Below are positions 1-7,654 of a DNA stretch of 32,000 bases, one piece after another. Under the pieces are notes generated by a model. It saw only the letters and a list, made by a program, of their open reading frames with translations. It ran no database searches and was not told where the DNA came from. The position numbers and the translations under genes were made by a program. The first letter of the stretch is position 1, and each line of letters starts with the position of its first letter. The stretch covers positions 15,424 to 47,423 of the forward strand of contig NZ_LWLG01000016.1 of the NCBI RefSeq assembly GCF_001652585.1. Reading direction: 5' to 3'. This DNA is from Thermosulfurimonas dismutans. Lineage in GTDB: Bacteria > Desulfobacterota > Thermodesulfobacteria > Thermodesulfobacteriales > Thermodesulfobacteriaceae.

Positions 1-1
1 C

Positions 2-820
2 TTCTTTTCTCGGGATCTTCACGAACGGGCCCGCAAGTACCTTGTGCTTCTCCCTCGGCTGAGGCGGGCCATACAGAAAAACGAATTTGTGGTGTACTGT
101 CAGCCGCGGATAGACGCCAAGGAATGGAAGGTGTGCGGAGGAGAAATTCTGGTAAGGTGGCAGGACCCGGAGAGAGGTCTCATTCCTCCCGGTGAATTCA
201 TCTGGGTGCTCGAAGAATCAGGTCTCATCACGGATTTGGGACTTTGGATAGCCGAAGAAACCTGTCGCATACTTTTGGATCTTCCCCGGGAGATGTTTGT
301 GTCCCTTAACCTCTCCTTCAACGTCTCTCCCCGCCAATTATGGGGCTCAAACTTTGTGGATCGCTTTATGGACATCCTCAAAAGATACAGACTGTGTCCG
401 ACTAGAATAAAGATCGAAATTACGGAAAATGTATTCGTTGAAAAAACGGAGGAAATAATCAAAGAACTTATAAAGATTTCAAAAACAGGGGTGAAAGTGG
501 TTCTAGATGATTTTGGGACCGGTTACTCTTCTCTTCACTATCTCTCCCGTCTCCCGGTACACGATCTAAAGATTGATCGAGCTTTCGTAAAGGGACTTCC
601 CAATTCGGTTAAAGACCTTGAAATTGTAAAGGCTATTCTGGCCTTAGCCCGAGCTCTCGGCAAGCGGGTAGTAGCCGAAGGGGTAGAAACTCGAGAACAG
701 CTAGAGTGTCTCTGTAAACTCGGAGTGGATGAGATCCAGGGCTTCTATTTTGCTCGTCCTCTTCCCTGGCCGGAGTTTAAAAAATTCGTCTTCGAATTTC
801 GTAAGGAGCACTATATTTAA
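2..820 (+). CDS. EAL-domain c-di-GMP phosphodiesterase, C-terminal part (5' end outside the window)
   Basis: The frame is open from base 2, with no stop upstream of the GTG at 44, so the window edge truncates the gene. EAL-family blocks are visible: YCQPRID, GGEILVRW (EAL->EIL variant), EITEN, LDDFGTGYSSLHYL, KIDRAFV, AEGVET, IQGFYFARP. Confidence 0.85.
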   Translation, partial: FFSRDLHERARKYLVLLPRLRRAIQKNEFVVYCQPRIDAKEWKVCGGEILVRWQDPERGLIPPGEFIWVLEESGLITDLGLWIAEETCRILLDLPREMFVSLNLSFNVSPRQLWGSNFVDRFMDILKRYRLCPTRIKIEITENVFVEKTEEIIKELIKISKTGVKVVLDDFGTGYSSLHYLSRLPVHDLKIDRAFVKGLPNSVKDLEIVKAILALARALGKRVVAEGVETREQLECLCKLGVDEIQGFYFARPLPWPEFKKFVFEFRKEHYI

Positions 821-858
821 GGAATGGGCCGGTAGGGGAATGGATTAAAGATTAGTCA

Positions 859-2088
859 TTAGAGTAAAAATATTTCGGCCTCCTCGCCCTCGTATATCCC
901 TTCGCTTTCGGAAGGTATGTGCAAAAGTCCATCGGCCTGGGCCATGGGGGAAAGAATACCTGAGCGGCCAAAAATGGGCTCTGCCCAGAGTTTTCCCTCT
1001 TTGTCTTCCTGCAATTTGACTCTAATATAATCTTCTCGGCCCTGAGCCGAAGCGATATTACGTAATGCTTTGGCCCGTACTTTAGGTAAAAACAAGTCTT
1101 TCCCACAGGCGCCCTGCAGATGCAGTAGAAGGGGACGGACCATTATATAAAATACGACAAGAGCACTTGTGACCTGGCCCGGTAAGCCGAAAACAGCTTT
1201 GTTTCCGGTCCTTGCTAAAATAGTAGGCTTACCCGGTTTAACGGCCACTCCGTGGCAGATAAGTTCTGCGTCGGGAAGACGCGAGATACAGCGCAAGGTA
1301 TAATCCCGCGTGCCCACGGAAGAACCGCCGGAAATAAGCACTACGTCGTTTTCCATTAAAGCCTTTTCTAGAGTCGAATAAAGGGCCTCTTCCTGATCTG
1401 GCACAATGCCCATGATATGGGCTGTACCTCCGGCTTCTTGGACGGCGGCACATAAAGAAAAAGAGTTAGCATCTCGGATCTTCCCCGGCTCTAAGGGCGC
1501 TTCCGGCGGGACTAGTTCATCGCCCGTAGAAATAATGGCTACCTTAGGCCTTTTGAAGACGGGGATTGAGGTGATCCCGGCGCTGGCCAGAAGGCCGATA
1601 TGCCCTGGAGTGATCCGGGTGTGGGCGGCAAGAATGAGCCCACCTTTGGGGATATCTTCCCCTTTAGTAATGACGTTTTCTCCGGGAGCAACGGGTCTTC
1701 TGATTTCAACTAGCTCTCCTATTTCCTCGGCATATTCCAGCATGACAACGGCGTCGGCCCCTTCGGGCAACATGCCTCCGGTAGCGATCTTGGCGGCTTC
1801 CCCCGAAGAAAGGGTAAAGGTAGGTTCAACGCCCATGGGAATCTCTCCCACTAGGCGCAAAACTACCGGCTCTCCTTCTCTGGCGCCAAAAGTGTCTCTG
1901 GCATAGACTGCATAGCCATCCATGGTGGAACGGCTAAAAGGAGGTAAGTCTTCTTGAGAGATGAGATCTTCCGCGCAAAAACGCCCTTGGGCACTCGTCA
2001 AATCTACGTTTTCTTTCCCTAGAGGCGAAAACTTTTCAATGGCACTTAAGACTTCTTCCACCTTTTTGACCTGAAAGAAGAATTCCAT
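859..2088 (-). CDS. moeA: Molybdopterin molybdenum/tungsten transferase MoeA (stand-alone paralogue)
   Basis: 409 aa. MoeA blocks: PPFSRSTMDGYAV, KIATGGMLPEGADAVV, VAIISTGDELV, LISGGSSVGTRDY, VAVKPGKPT, FGLPGQVTSALV. It starts 2 nt after the fdhD stop, so it is in the same minus-strand operon. Confidence 0.92.
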   Translation of the reverse strand: MEFFFQVKKVEEVLSAIEKFSPLGKENVDLTSAQGRFCAEDLISQEDLPPFSRSTMDGYAVYARDTFGAREGEPVVLRLVGEIPMGVEPTFTLSSGEAAKIATGGMLPEGADAVVMLEYAEEIGELVEIRRPVAPGENVITKGEDIPKGGLILAAHTRITPGHIGLLASAGITSIPVFKRPKVAIISTGDELVPPEAPLEPGKIRDANSFSLCAAVQEAGGTAHIMGIVPDQEEALYSTLEKALMENDVVLISGGSSVGTRDYTLRCISRLPDAELICHGVAVKPGKPTILARTGNKAVFGLPGQVTSALVVFYIMVRPLLLHLQGACGKDLFLPKVRAKALRNIASAQGREDYIRVKLQEDKEGKLWAEPIFGRSGILSPMAQADGLLHIPSESEGIYEGEEAEIFLL

Positions 2089-2090
2089 TT

Positions 2091-2858
2091 TTATATCTTA
2101 ATCCTTTCGGGAGCATGGAAAACATTTATTCGGTCCGGGCGAGCGTAACAGACGAGTGTGATGCCAGCCCGTCTGGCTATTTCGAGTCCTAAAGAAGAGG
2201 TAGCTGTACGCGACATCACGATAGGAATGCCTATGCGGGCACATTTTAAAACCATATCCGAAGTCAAGCGTCCCGTGGTATAAACAGCCCCTTTAGGGGT
2301 AGCCTTCCCCAGAAGGATAGCCCCTACTATTTTGTCCATGGCGTTGTGGCGTCCGACATCTTCATAAAAAAGCTTAAGTTCCCCTTCAGACCAGAAACCA
2401 CACCCATGAACACAGTGTGTTCTGCGTTGAAGGTCAGAGGTCTTTAGGACCTCAAGGATAAAACTTCTTATTTCTTTCAAGGATATTTGATATTCAGCCA
2501 AGGGTTCAAAGTCTCTTTCCAAAAAATCTCGTGAAATCTTACCGGTCCCACCGCAGCCAGAAGTTACAATGAGGTCTTTTTTTTCGATCTTTTCTATATC
2601 CGCATAAACGAATATACCACCCCTTTCGTGACAGAGCCTTACTTCTTTGACCACCTCGGGGCCAGAAAGATAGCCCTGGGCATAGAGAAAACCTACGCCA
2701 AACTCTTCAAGCCCGGTAGGCAAAACCATAGAAGAACCTATGGGCTCTTCATTGAGATAAATTTTGTACGGAACCTCCTGGATAACTTCTTCAAAATGTT
2801 GCCGTTCTTCAGCCGGAGTTCTTATAATGGTTTCTAGTTCTAGGGTAATAGGTCTCAT
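2091..2858 (-). CDS. fdhD: Formate dehydrogenase accessory sulfurtransferase FdhD
   Basis: 255 aa. FdhD/NarQ-family blocks: VTSGCGGTGK (active-site loop), YEDVGRHNAMDKIVG, TTGRLTSDMVLKCARIGIPIV, SRTATSSLGLEIARRAGITL. Its start overlaps the upstream stop (2855-2858). Confidence 0.9.
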   Translation of the reverse strand: MRPITLELETIIRTPAEERQHFEEVIQEVPYKIYLNEEPIGSSMVLPTGLEEFGVGFLYAQGYLSGPEVVKEVRLCHERGGIFVYADIEKIEKKDLIVTSGCGGTGKISRDFLERDFEPLAEYQISLKEIRSFILEVLKTSDLQRRTHCVHGCGFWSEGELKLFYEDVGRHNAMDKIVGAILLGKATPKGAVYTTGRLTSDMVLKCARIGIPIVMSRTATSSLGLEIARRAGITLVCYARPDRINVFHAPERIKI

Positions 2859-4774
2859 AGGATTATTTTGCCCATCTCTGAGGTATCATAACCTCCAAGA
2901 TTTTCAACGGCCTTTTTAAAAGCAGGGTCGGTCAGTACTTCCTGCAAGACTTTGAAGAAGGGGCTTTCATAAAAGTCTAGACGTATGAGAAGATCGTACC
3001 TTTCCTTAAAAAGGGGAATAAACTCCAGATTTAAAAGCTTGGCTGCGGCTCGTATTCCAAGGCCAACGTCGGCCTGCCCTGTGGCAACGTTTATGGCCAC
3101 ACCGAGATGCGTGGTTTCTTCTACTTCGTAGCCCTGGATTTCTCTAGGTGACACACCAATTTTTTGTAGATGATAATCAAGGAGCACTCTTGTTCCTGAA
3201 CCTGGCTGGCGATTGATAAAGGTTACCTCTTTTTGGGCAAGATCTCTTAAATCTCTAATTCCCTTGGGGTTGCCGGGTGGAAGGATAAGCCCCTGTTCCC
3301 GATAAACGAAATTGATCAAGCGTACTGGTGTTTCCGGTAAGTAGCGTTTTATGTAAGGAACATTAAATTCTCCGGTTTCGGGATCGAAAAGATGGGTGCC
3401 GGCCATGTGGGCCAGCCCATCTTTTATCGCCATAAGACCAGAAAGGCTTCCTACATGAGCCGTAGAGAGTTCAAGACCGAGCTCTTTTTGGCGTAGGAAC
3501 TGGGCTAGAATGTCTAGCGCCAGGTCATGACTCCCTACCACAAGAATGGTTTTGGCAAGGTCCTTTTCTGGACGCAAAAGTTCTATTTCGCACTCCGCCC
3601 CTTGAAGTAAACCCTCGGATTCTGAAGAGATACGGACTATAGCATCCGCACGGGTAAGGGTAGTGATGGCTCCGGCTCCGCGTTTTAAGGGCAAAAATAC
3701 GGTTTGCGTCCCAACCTTACCAGCTTTAACGCGCAAAAATTCGGTAACACCGAGTTTGGAGGGAATCTTGCATCCAGAGACGGCTTTGACCTTGGGGCGC
3801 CTAGGGATTCTTGCGCCATACATGGCTTCAAAAACAGGTCTTACCATCTGCTCAAAAGCCAGGACGGCCGATACCGGATAACCTGGCACGCCGATTATAG
3901 GAGTGTTTTGAACGAGCCCCAGTACTACGGGTTTCCCAGGCATCATTTGTATGCCATGCACCAGAAGTTTTCCTTCTTCTTCGATCAAAGCGGCCGTATA
4001 ATCCTTGCTTCCAGCAGAAGATCCAGCAATAAGGGCTATGAGATGAGGCTTTCTTGAGGCGGCCTTTTCGACTGCTTTTTTGAGCTCTACGTAATTATCT
4101 CTTACAATAGGAAAGATTTCGGCCTCTCCTCCCCATTCCTCAACCAGAGCGGCGAGCATGGTGCTGTTGAACTCCACCGTCTTTCCAAAAGGGATTTCTC
4201 CTTCGGCTTCTTCTGGCAAAACCAGCTCATCCCCCGTGGGGATAAAGATGACACGGGGTTTGGCACGCACGGTAACGGTTAGGTAACCGGAGGCCAGTAA
4301 GACCCCAAGATCCCAAGCCGAAAGCCTGTGGCCTTCGGTAAAAAGCATTTCTCCTTGGACTACATCTTCACCAATACGACGTACATGCTGCCAGGGATAA
4401 ACCGGGGACCTGATCTCTACCAGGTCTTCTTTGATGAAGTGGACGTGTTCAATCATGATGACCGCATTGGTTCCTTCGGGTAAGGGTTCCCCCGTATTTA
4501 CCAAAAAGGCTTGCTTTCCTATTTGGAGTAAAAGGGGATTGGCCTCACTTGCGCCAAAAGTATCTTCCGCTCGCACGGCAATACCGTCCATAGCCGCGCT
4601 GTTAAAGCCGGGAAGAGATCGCTTGGCAAAAATAGGTTGGGCCGTGATCCGACCTCTGGCTTCTTTTACAGGAATGTCCTCTTGAGCAAGCGCCTTTTTC
4701 CAGTCCCAGGCATTAAGAAAGATCTTTTGGGCCTCATAAAGGGGTTTCATATGCAGGTATATTTTGCGCTTCAT
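2855..4774 (-). CDS. MoeA fused to a C-terminal cytoplasmic periplasmic-binding-protein-like (PBP-like) domain
   Basis: 639 aa. The N-terminal ~400 aa is MoeA (FNSAAMDGIAV, LVNTGEPLPEGTNAVI, VIFIPTGDELV, IAGSSAGSKDY, IQMMPGKPV, GVPGYPVSAVL). Residues ~408-639 form an extra domain (HLFDPETGEFNVPY, FINRQPGSGTRVLLD, ADVGLGI, LEFIPL) that is clearly homologous to the C-terminal domain of the regulator at 15385-16245. A strong RBS (GGAGG) lies 5-6 nt upstream of the ATG at 4774. Confidence 0.85.
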   Translation of the reverse strand: MKRKIYLHMKPLYEAQKIFLNAWDWKKALAQEDIPVKEARGRITAQPIFAKRSLPGFNSAAMDGIAVRAEDTFGASEANPLLLQIGKQAFLVNTGEPLPEGTNAVIMIEHVHFIKEDLVEIRSPVYPWQHVRRIGEDVVQGEMLFTEGHRLSAWDLGVLLASGYLTVTVRAKPRVIFIPTGDELVLPEEAEGEIPFGKTVEFNSTMLAALVEEWGGEAEIFPIVRDNYVELKKAVEKAASRKPHLIALIAGSSAGSKDYTAALIEEEGKLLVHGIQMMPGKPVVLGLVQNTPIIGVPGYPVSAVLAFEQMVRPVFEAMYGARIPRRPKVKAVSGCKIPSKLGVTEFLRVKAGKVGTQTVFLPLKRGAGAITTLTRADAIVRISSESEGLLQGAECEIELLRPEKDLAKTILVVGSHDLALDILAQFLRQKELGLELSTAHVGSLSGLMAIKDGLAHMAGTHLFDPETGEFNVPYIKRYLPETPVRLINFVYREQGLILPPGNPKGIRDLRDLAQKEVTFINRQPGSGTRVLLDYHLQKIGVSPREIQGYEVEETTHLGVAINVATGQADVGLGIRAAAKLLNLEFIPLFKERYDLLIRLDFYESPFFKVLQEVLTDPAFKKAVENLGGYDTSEMGKIIL

Positions 4775-4925
4775 TAAATCCTCCTTAAGATAACATTGAA
4801 GCGATTCATCCTTCCTATTTTATCCTCTTTTGCCCTCATCCCACCATCTTGAAATAGGACTTTCCTTGAAGTAATTACTTCGGAAAGTGTGGAAGTTCTA
4901 TCTTGCATCTAAGAAGCTAGAAAGC

Positions 4926-4954
4926 TTGACACCAATTTGGTCGAGGAGTATAAG
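4926..4954 (+). promoter_or_regulatory. Candidate sigma70-type promoter of the fdh operon
   Basis: TTGACA (4926-4931), a 17-nt spacer, then TATAAG (4949-4954), about 40 nt upstream of the ATG at 4996. This is a sequence match only. Confidence 0.4.
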
Positions 4955-4995
4955 CTGATTTGCTAACGATGCCAAGGAAATAAGGGACTTCTTTT

Positions 4996-6828
4996 ATGGT
5001 AAGTACTTCTTTCCACGTTTTATTAAAAAAAGGGGATAAATTTTTACTGAATCGGGTTTCTTCTCAGGAAGAGATCCCCTCAGAGGCGGTGCTGGTGGGC
5101 CTTTTTTCAGACCAGGCCCCGGAGGCCTCCTGGCTCGCCTCCCCCACACTTAGGGTCAATGCCGATCTCGGTACTTTTGAGGAGTCTTTTCTATACGCCT
5201 TGGCGCTGGCTGAGAAAGCCCGCTTTGAAGAAAACTATTTCAAGAGCTACACCTTAGACACCCGGGGAAAGATCATCGTCCTTGCTCGAAAGCCGGAAAC
5301 CCTCCAAGATTTTGTGGAGATCTACGGAGGCATCCTTGATCTCTTTCCTGTGGTCCTCGGTACCCCCTGTCTTTCCTTTCCGGTGGCCGAAGATCTTTCC
5401 CTTGAGAAGACCTCCTCGGGCTTTCGCTTGACTTTCCTACGCCGGCTTCCTATTGACCCCGAAAAATGTCTCTTTTGTGGTCGGTGCGGTCCGGTATGTA
5501 ATAAAGAAGCTCTTCTTCCGGATCTTCAGGTCGATCTTTCTCGTTGTGATCAGTGCGGAGAATGTGTGGCGGTTTGCCCCACCGAGGCTATTGATTTCCA
5601 CCGCTACACGCGCCTAGAGGTCGAGGCTCCCTATATCCTCTTTCTGGAAGAACCTACTATCCCTATCCCCGAAGAAAAAGAGAACATTTTTACCAGGGAT
5701 AAGCTTGAGGAGCTTTTGGCTCTTCAAGGACTCCATCAGGTAGATGAGGTCATACGTTTCTCTTCCGATCTATGCCAGCACATCGCCCGCTTAAAGGCGG
5801 GCTGTAAGCGATGCCTTGAGACCTGTCCGGAGGGGGCGATCAGGGAAAGCGATGGAGGGCTTAAGATAAATCACTTCCGCTGTGCAGGCTGCGGCTCCTG
5901 TGTGGCCGCCTGTCCTACCGGGGCCCTCCAGTACGCCCCCTTTGACGACCGAAGTTTTGTGGCCTATTTCCAAAACCTTCCTCTCCCCAAAGGGACCACC
6001 GTTCTCATCGCTCCGGAGGAGACCTTAAAGCTCATCTGGTGGCGCAAAAACGGTACCCGCTTCCCTGATGTCTTTTTCTTAGAGTATCCAGAACCACGCG
6101 CTCTAACGAGTATGCACCTGCTCTTTCTCTGGGCCCGAGGGGTCTCCCGGGTGATTCTGGTAACAGAAGAGGCCCGGGCCCTTTCCGAAGAGGTTGAGCT
6201 TGCCAACGAAATCATCTTTCTCCTCTGGGGTTTTAAGCCTTTTGAGATTCTTACCTCAGAAGAGGTCCTTAGGGCCTCTTTAGAACCGGAAGCCCAAAAT
6301 CCCCTCAAAGAGTCCTTTGAGAAGTTTGAGTTTCGTTCTCGGCGGAGGGCCATCGCGGCCCTCCTTTCCTTTTTCCTTGAAAGCCAGGCTCCCGAGGCTT
6401 CCCTTCCCGAAATAAAAAGTGAAACCTTCGGAGAGATCCTCTGTGACGAAAGCCGCTGTACCCTATGTGCCGCTTGTTTAAACGAGTGCCATACCGAGGC
6501 CCTGAGGGGCGATCCCGAATCCTACGCCTTGGTTTTCACCCCTGTCCTTTGCGTCCAGTGCGGAACCTGTGTCTCCGTCTGCCCGGAGGAGGTCTTGAAG
6601 AAAGCGCCTGGGCTTCGGCTTTCCCCGGAATTTTTGCAGGAAAAGGTCTTGGCCCAGGACGAACCGATTAAGTGTCTCATGTGCGGCAAGATCTTCGGTA
6701 CGAAAAAGAGTTTTGAAAAGGTTAGGACCACGCTCAATTCTTTGGGAAGATGGGCTGAGGTCGAGGGCCTGCTTCCGTACTGTGAGACCTGTCGGGTGAT
6801 TAAGATGTTTAGCGAAAAGGAGGCCTAG
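4996..6828 (+). CDS. Cytoplasmic multi-[4Fe-4S] polyferredoxin-like protein, fdh-operon associated, function unknown
   Basis: 610 aa with no signal peptide. It has five canonical CxxCxxCxxxC(P) motifs (C158, C184, C296, C488, C519), one variant C260...C270xxCxxxCP, and a C-terminal CxxC-x32-CxxC (C560/C563, C596/C599). Non-ferredoxin regions separate the ferredoxin modules. Confidence 0.75.
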   Translation: MVSTSFHVLLKKGDKFLLNRVSSQEEIPSEAVLVGLFSDQAPEASWLASPTLRVNADLGTFEESFLYALALAEKARFEENYFKSYTLDTRGKIIVLARKPETLQDFVEIYGGILDLFPVVLGTPCLSFPVAEDLSLEKTSSGFRLTFLRRLPIDPEKCLFCGRCGPVCNKEALLPDLQVDLSRCDQCGECVAVCPTEAIDFHRYTRLEVEAPYILFLEEPTIPIPEEKENIFTRDKLEELLALQGLHQVDEVIRFSSDLCQHIARLKAGCKRCLETCPEGAIRESDGGLKINHFRCAGCGSCVAACPTGALQYAPFDDRSFVAYFQNLPLPKGTTVLIAPEETLKLIWWRKNGTRFPDVFFLEYPEPRALTSMHLLFLWARGVSRVILVTEEARALSEEVELANEIIFLLWGFKPFEILTSEEVLRASLEPEAQNPLKESFEKFEFRSRRRAIAALLSFFLESQAPEASLPEIKSETFGEILCDESRCTLCAACLNECHTEALRGDPESYALVFTPVLCVQCGTCVSVCPEEVLKKAPGLRLSPEFLQEKVLAQDEPIKCLMCGKIFGTKKSFEKVRTTLNSLGRWAEVEGLLPYCETCRVIKMFSEKEA

Positions 6829-7431
6829 GTGTCGCTTTCTGAGGTTGAACGTGCCCGTATTTTTATGCTTGATCTGGCGAAATCTTTCTTTCTTGGAGAA
6901 CCTTCAGAGGAAAAATGCCAGGCCTGGGAGAAGGCCCTTGCCGCCCTCGACGGCCAGACCGGTTTCGCGCCTCTCGATCAGGCGGTGAGGGACCTCAGGG
7001 AATATCTTGCGCAGACTCCCCTTTCAGCCCTTTCTGAGGAATACTACCGGCTTTTTGTAGACCCTTTCAATGAAAAGCCCGTCTTGCTTACAGCCTCTTA
7101 TCACATAGATGGTAAAAACTACGGACCGACTCTGGCCAAGTTACGCAGTTTCCTGAAGGAAATAGGGCTTGTTAAAGACGAAAATTTTAAGGAACCAGAA
7201 GATTCTTTGGTCTGTCTCCTTGACTTTTTGATTTCCCTTATCTACGTTGAAAGAAAGGAACTTTCGAGGGCGCAAGAGAAGCTTTTGACTAATTTTTTGA
7301 AACCGTGTGTAGAGGGGTTAAGTCAGGCCTTGGAGGAAAGAGAAGAGACCGGGTTTTATCGCCGGTGTGCGGCCTTCCTTAAGGCCTATATCCTCCTCGA
7401 GGAACGTTTCTTTCTCGAGGGGGAAGTTTAA
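6829..7431 (+). CDS. TorD/DmsD/NarJ-family redox-enzyme maturation chaperone (formate dehydrogenase specific, inferred)
   Basis: 200 aa. The GTG start follows directly after the upstream TAG. The TorD-like pattern is YYRLFVDPF ... EPEDSLVCLLDFL (the family motif is E-P-x-D-H; His is replaced by Ser here). The gene sits immediately upstream of the Tat-dependent fdhA. Confidence 0.7.
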   Translation: MSLSEVERARIFMLDLAKSFFLGEPSEEKCQAWEKALAALDGQTGFAPLDQAVRDLREYLAQTPLSALSEEYYRLFVDPFNEKPVLLTASYHIDGKNYGPTLAKLRSFLKEIGLVKDENFKEPEDSLVCLLDFLISLIYVERKELSRAQEKLLTNFLKPCVEGLSQALEEREETGFYRRCAAFLKAYILLEERFFLEGEV

Positions 7432-7455
7432 AATGTGTAGTTAAGGAGGGAAGAG

Positions 7456-7641
7456 ATGGCTAAAAAAGTGGATGAGACTAGACGATCTATCATAAAGAGT
7501 ATGCTTTTGGCCGCGGGGACGGCCCTGGCTTTAAGCTCTAAGAAGGCCAGGGCTCAAAAGGCTGCCCCTGAGAGTCAGGACGAGATCCTTTATCGTGAGA
7601 CGGAGGCCTTCCGGGCCTATTACGAATCTCTTAGAAATTAA
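7456..7641 (+). CDS. Small Tat-signal protein of the 'formate dehydrogenase region TAT target' type
   Basis: 61 aa. An RBS (AAGGAGGG) lies upstream. It has a twin-arginine motif TRRSIIK, a hydrophobic h-region LLAAGTALALSS, and an A-R-A/Q candidate cleavage site. The C-terminus YRETEAFRAYY resembles the family motif Y-[HRK]-x-[TS]-x-H-[IV]-x-x-[YF]-Y, which I cite from memory of TIGR02811. Confidence 0.65.
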   Translation: MAKKVDETRRSIIKSMLLAAGTALALSSKKARAQKAAPESQDEILYRETEAFRAYYESLRN

Positions 7642-7654
7642 AGGAGGTACGCAA

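Noticed and set aside
4775-4995. A possible Moco (moaA-motif) riboswitch in the 221-bp divergent region upstream of the moeA fusion or the fdh operon. I also checked the region upstream of tupA (15229-15348).
   Set aside because: Both regions are AT-rich and lack the GC-rich conserved stems I associate with the Moco motif. The tupA leader is too short. This was an eye inspection only, so a cmsearch with the Rfam model would settle it.
7595-7654. The track start of fdhA at 7595, overlapping the end of the 61-aa Tat peptide ORF.
   Set aside because: The ATG at 7655 has a near-perfect RBS (AAGGAGGT, 7641-7648), whereas 7595 has none. The upstream codons are simply the alternative frame of the small ORF's 3' end.
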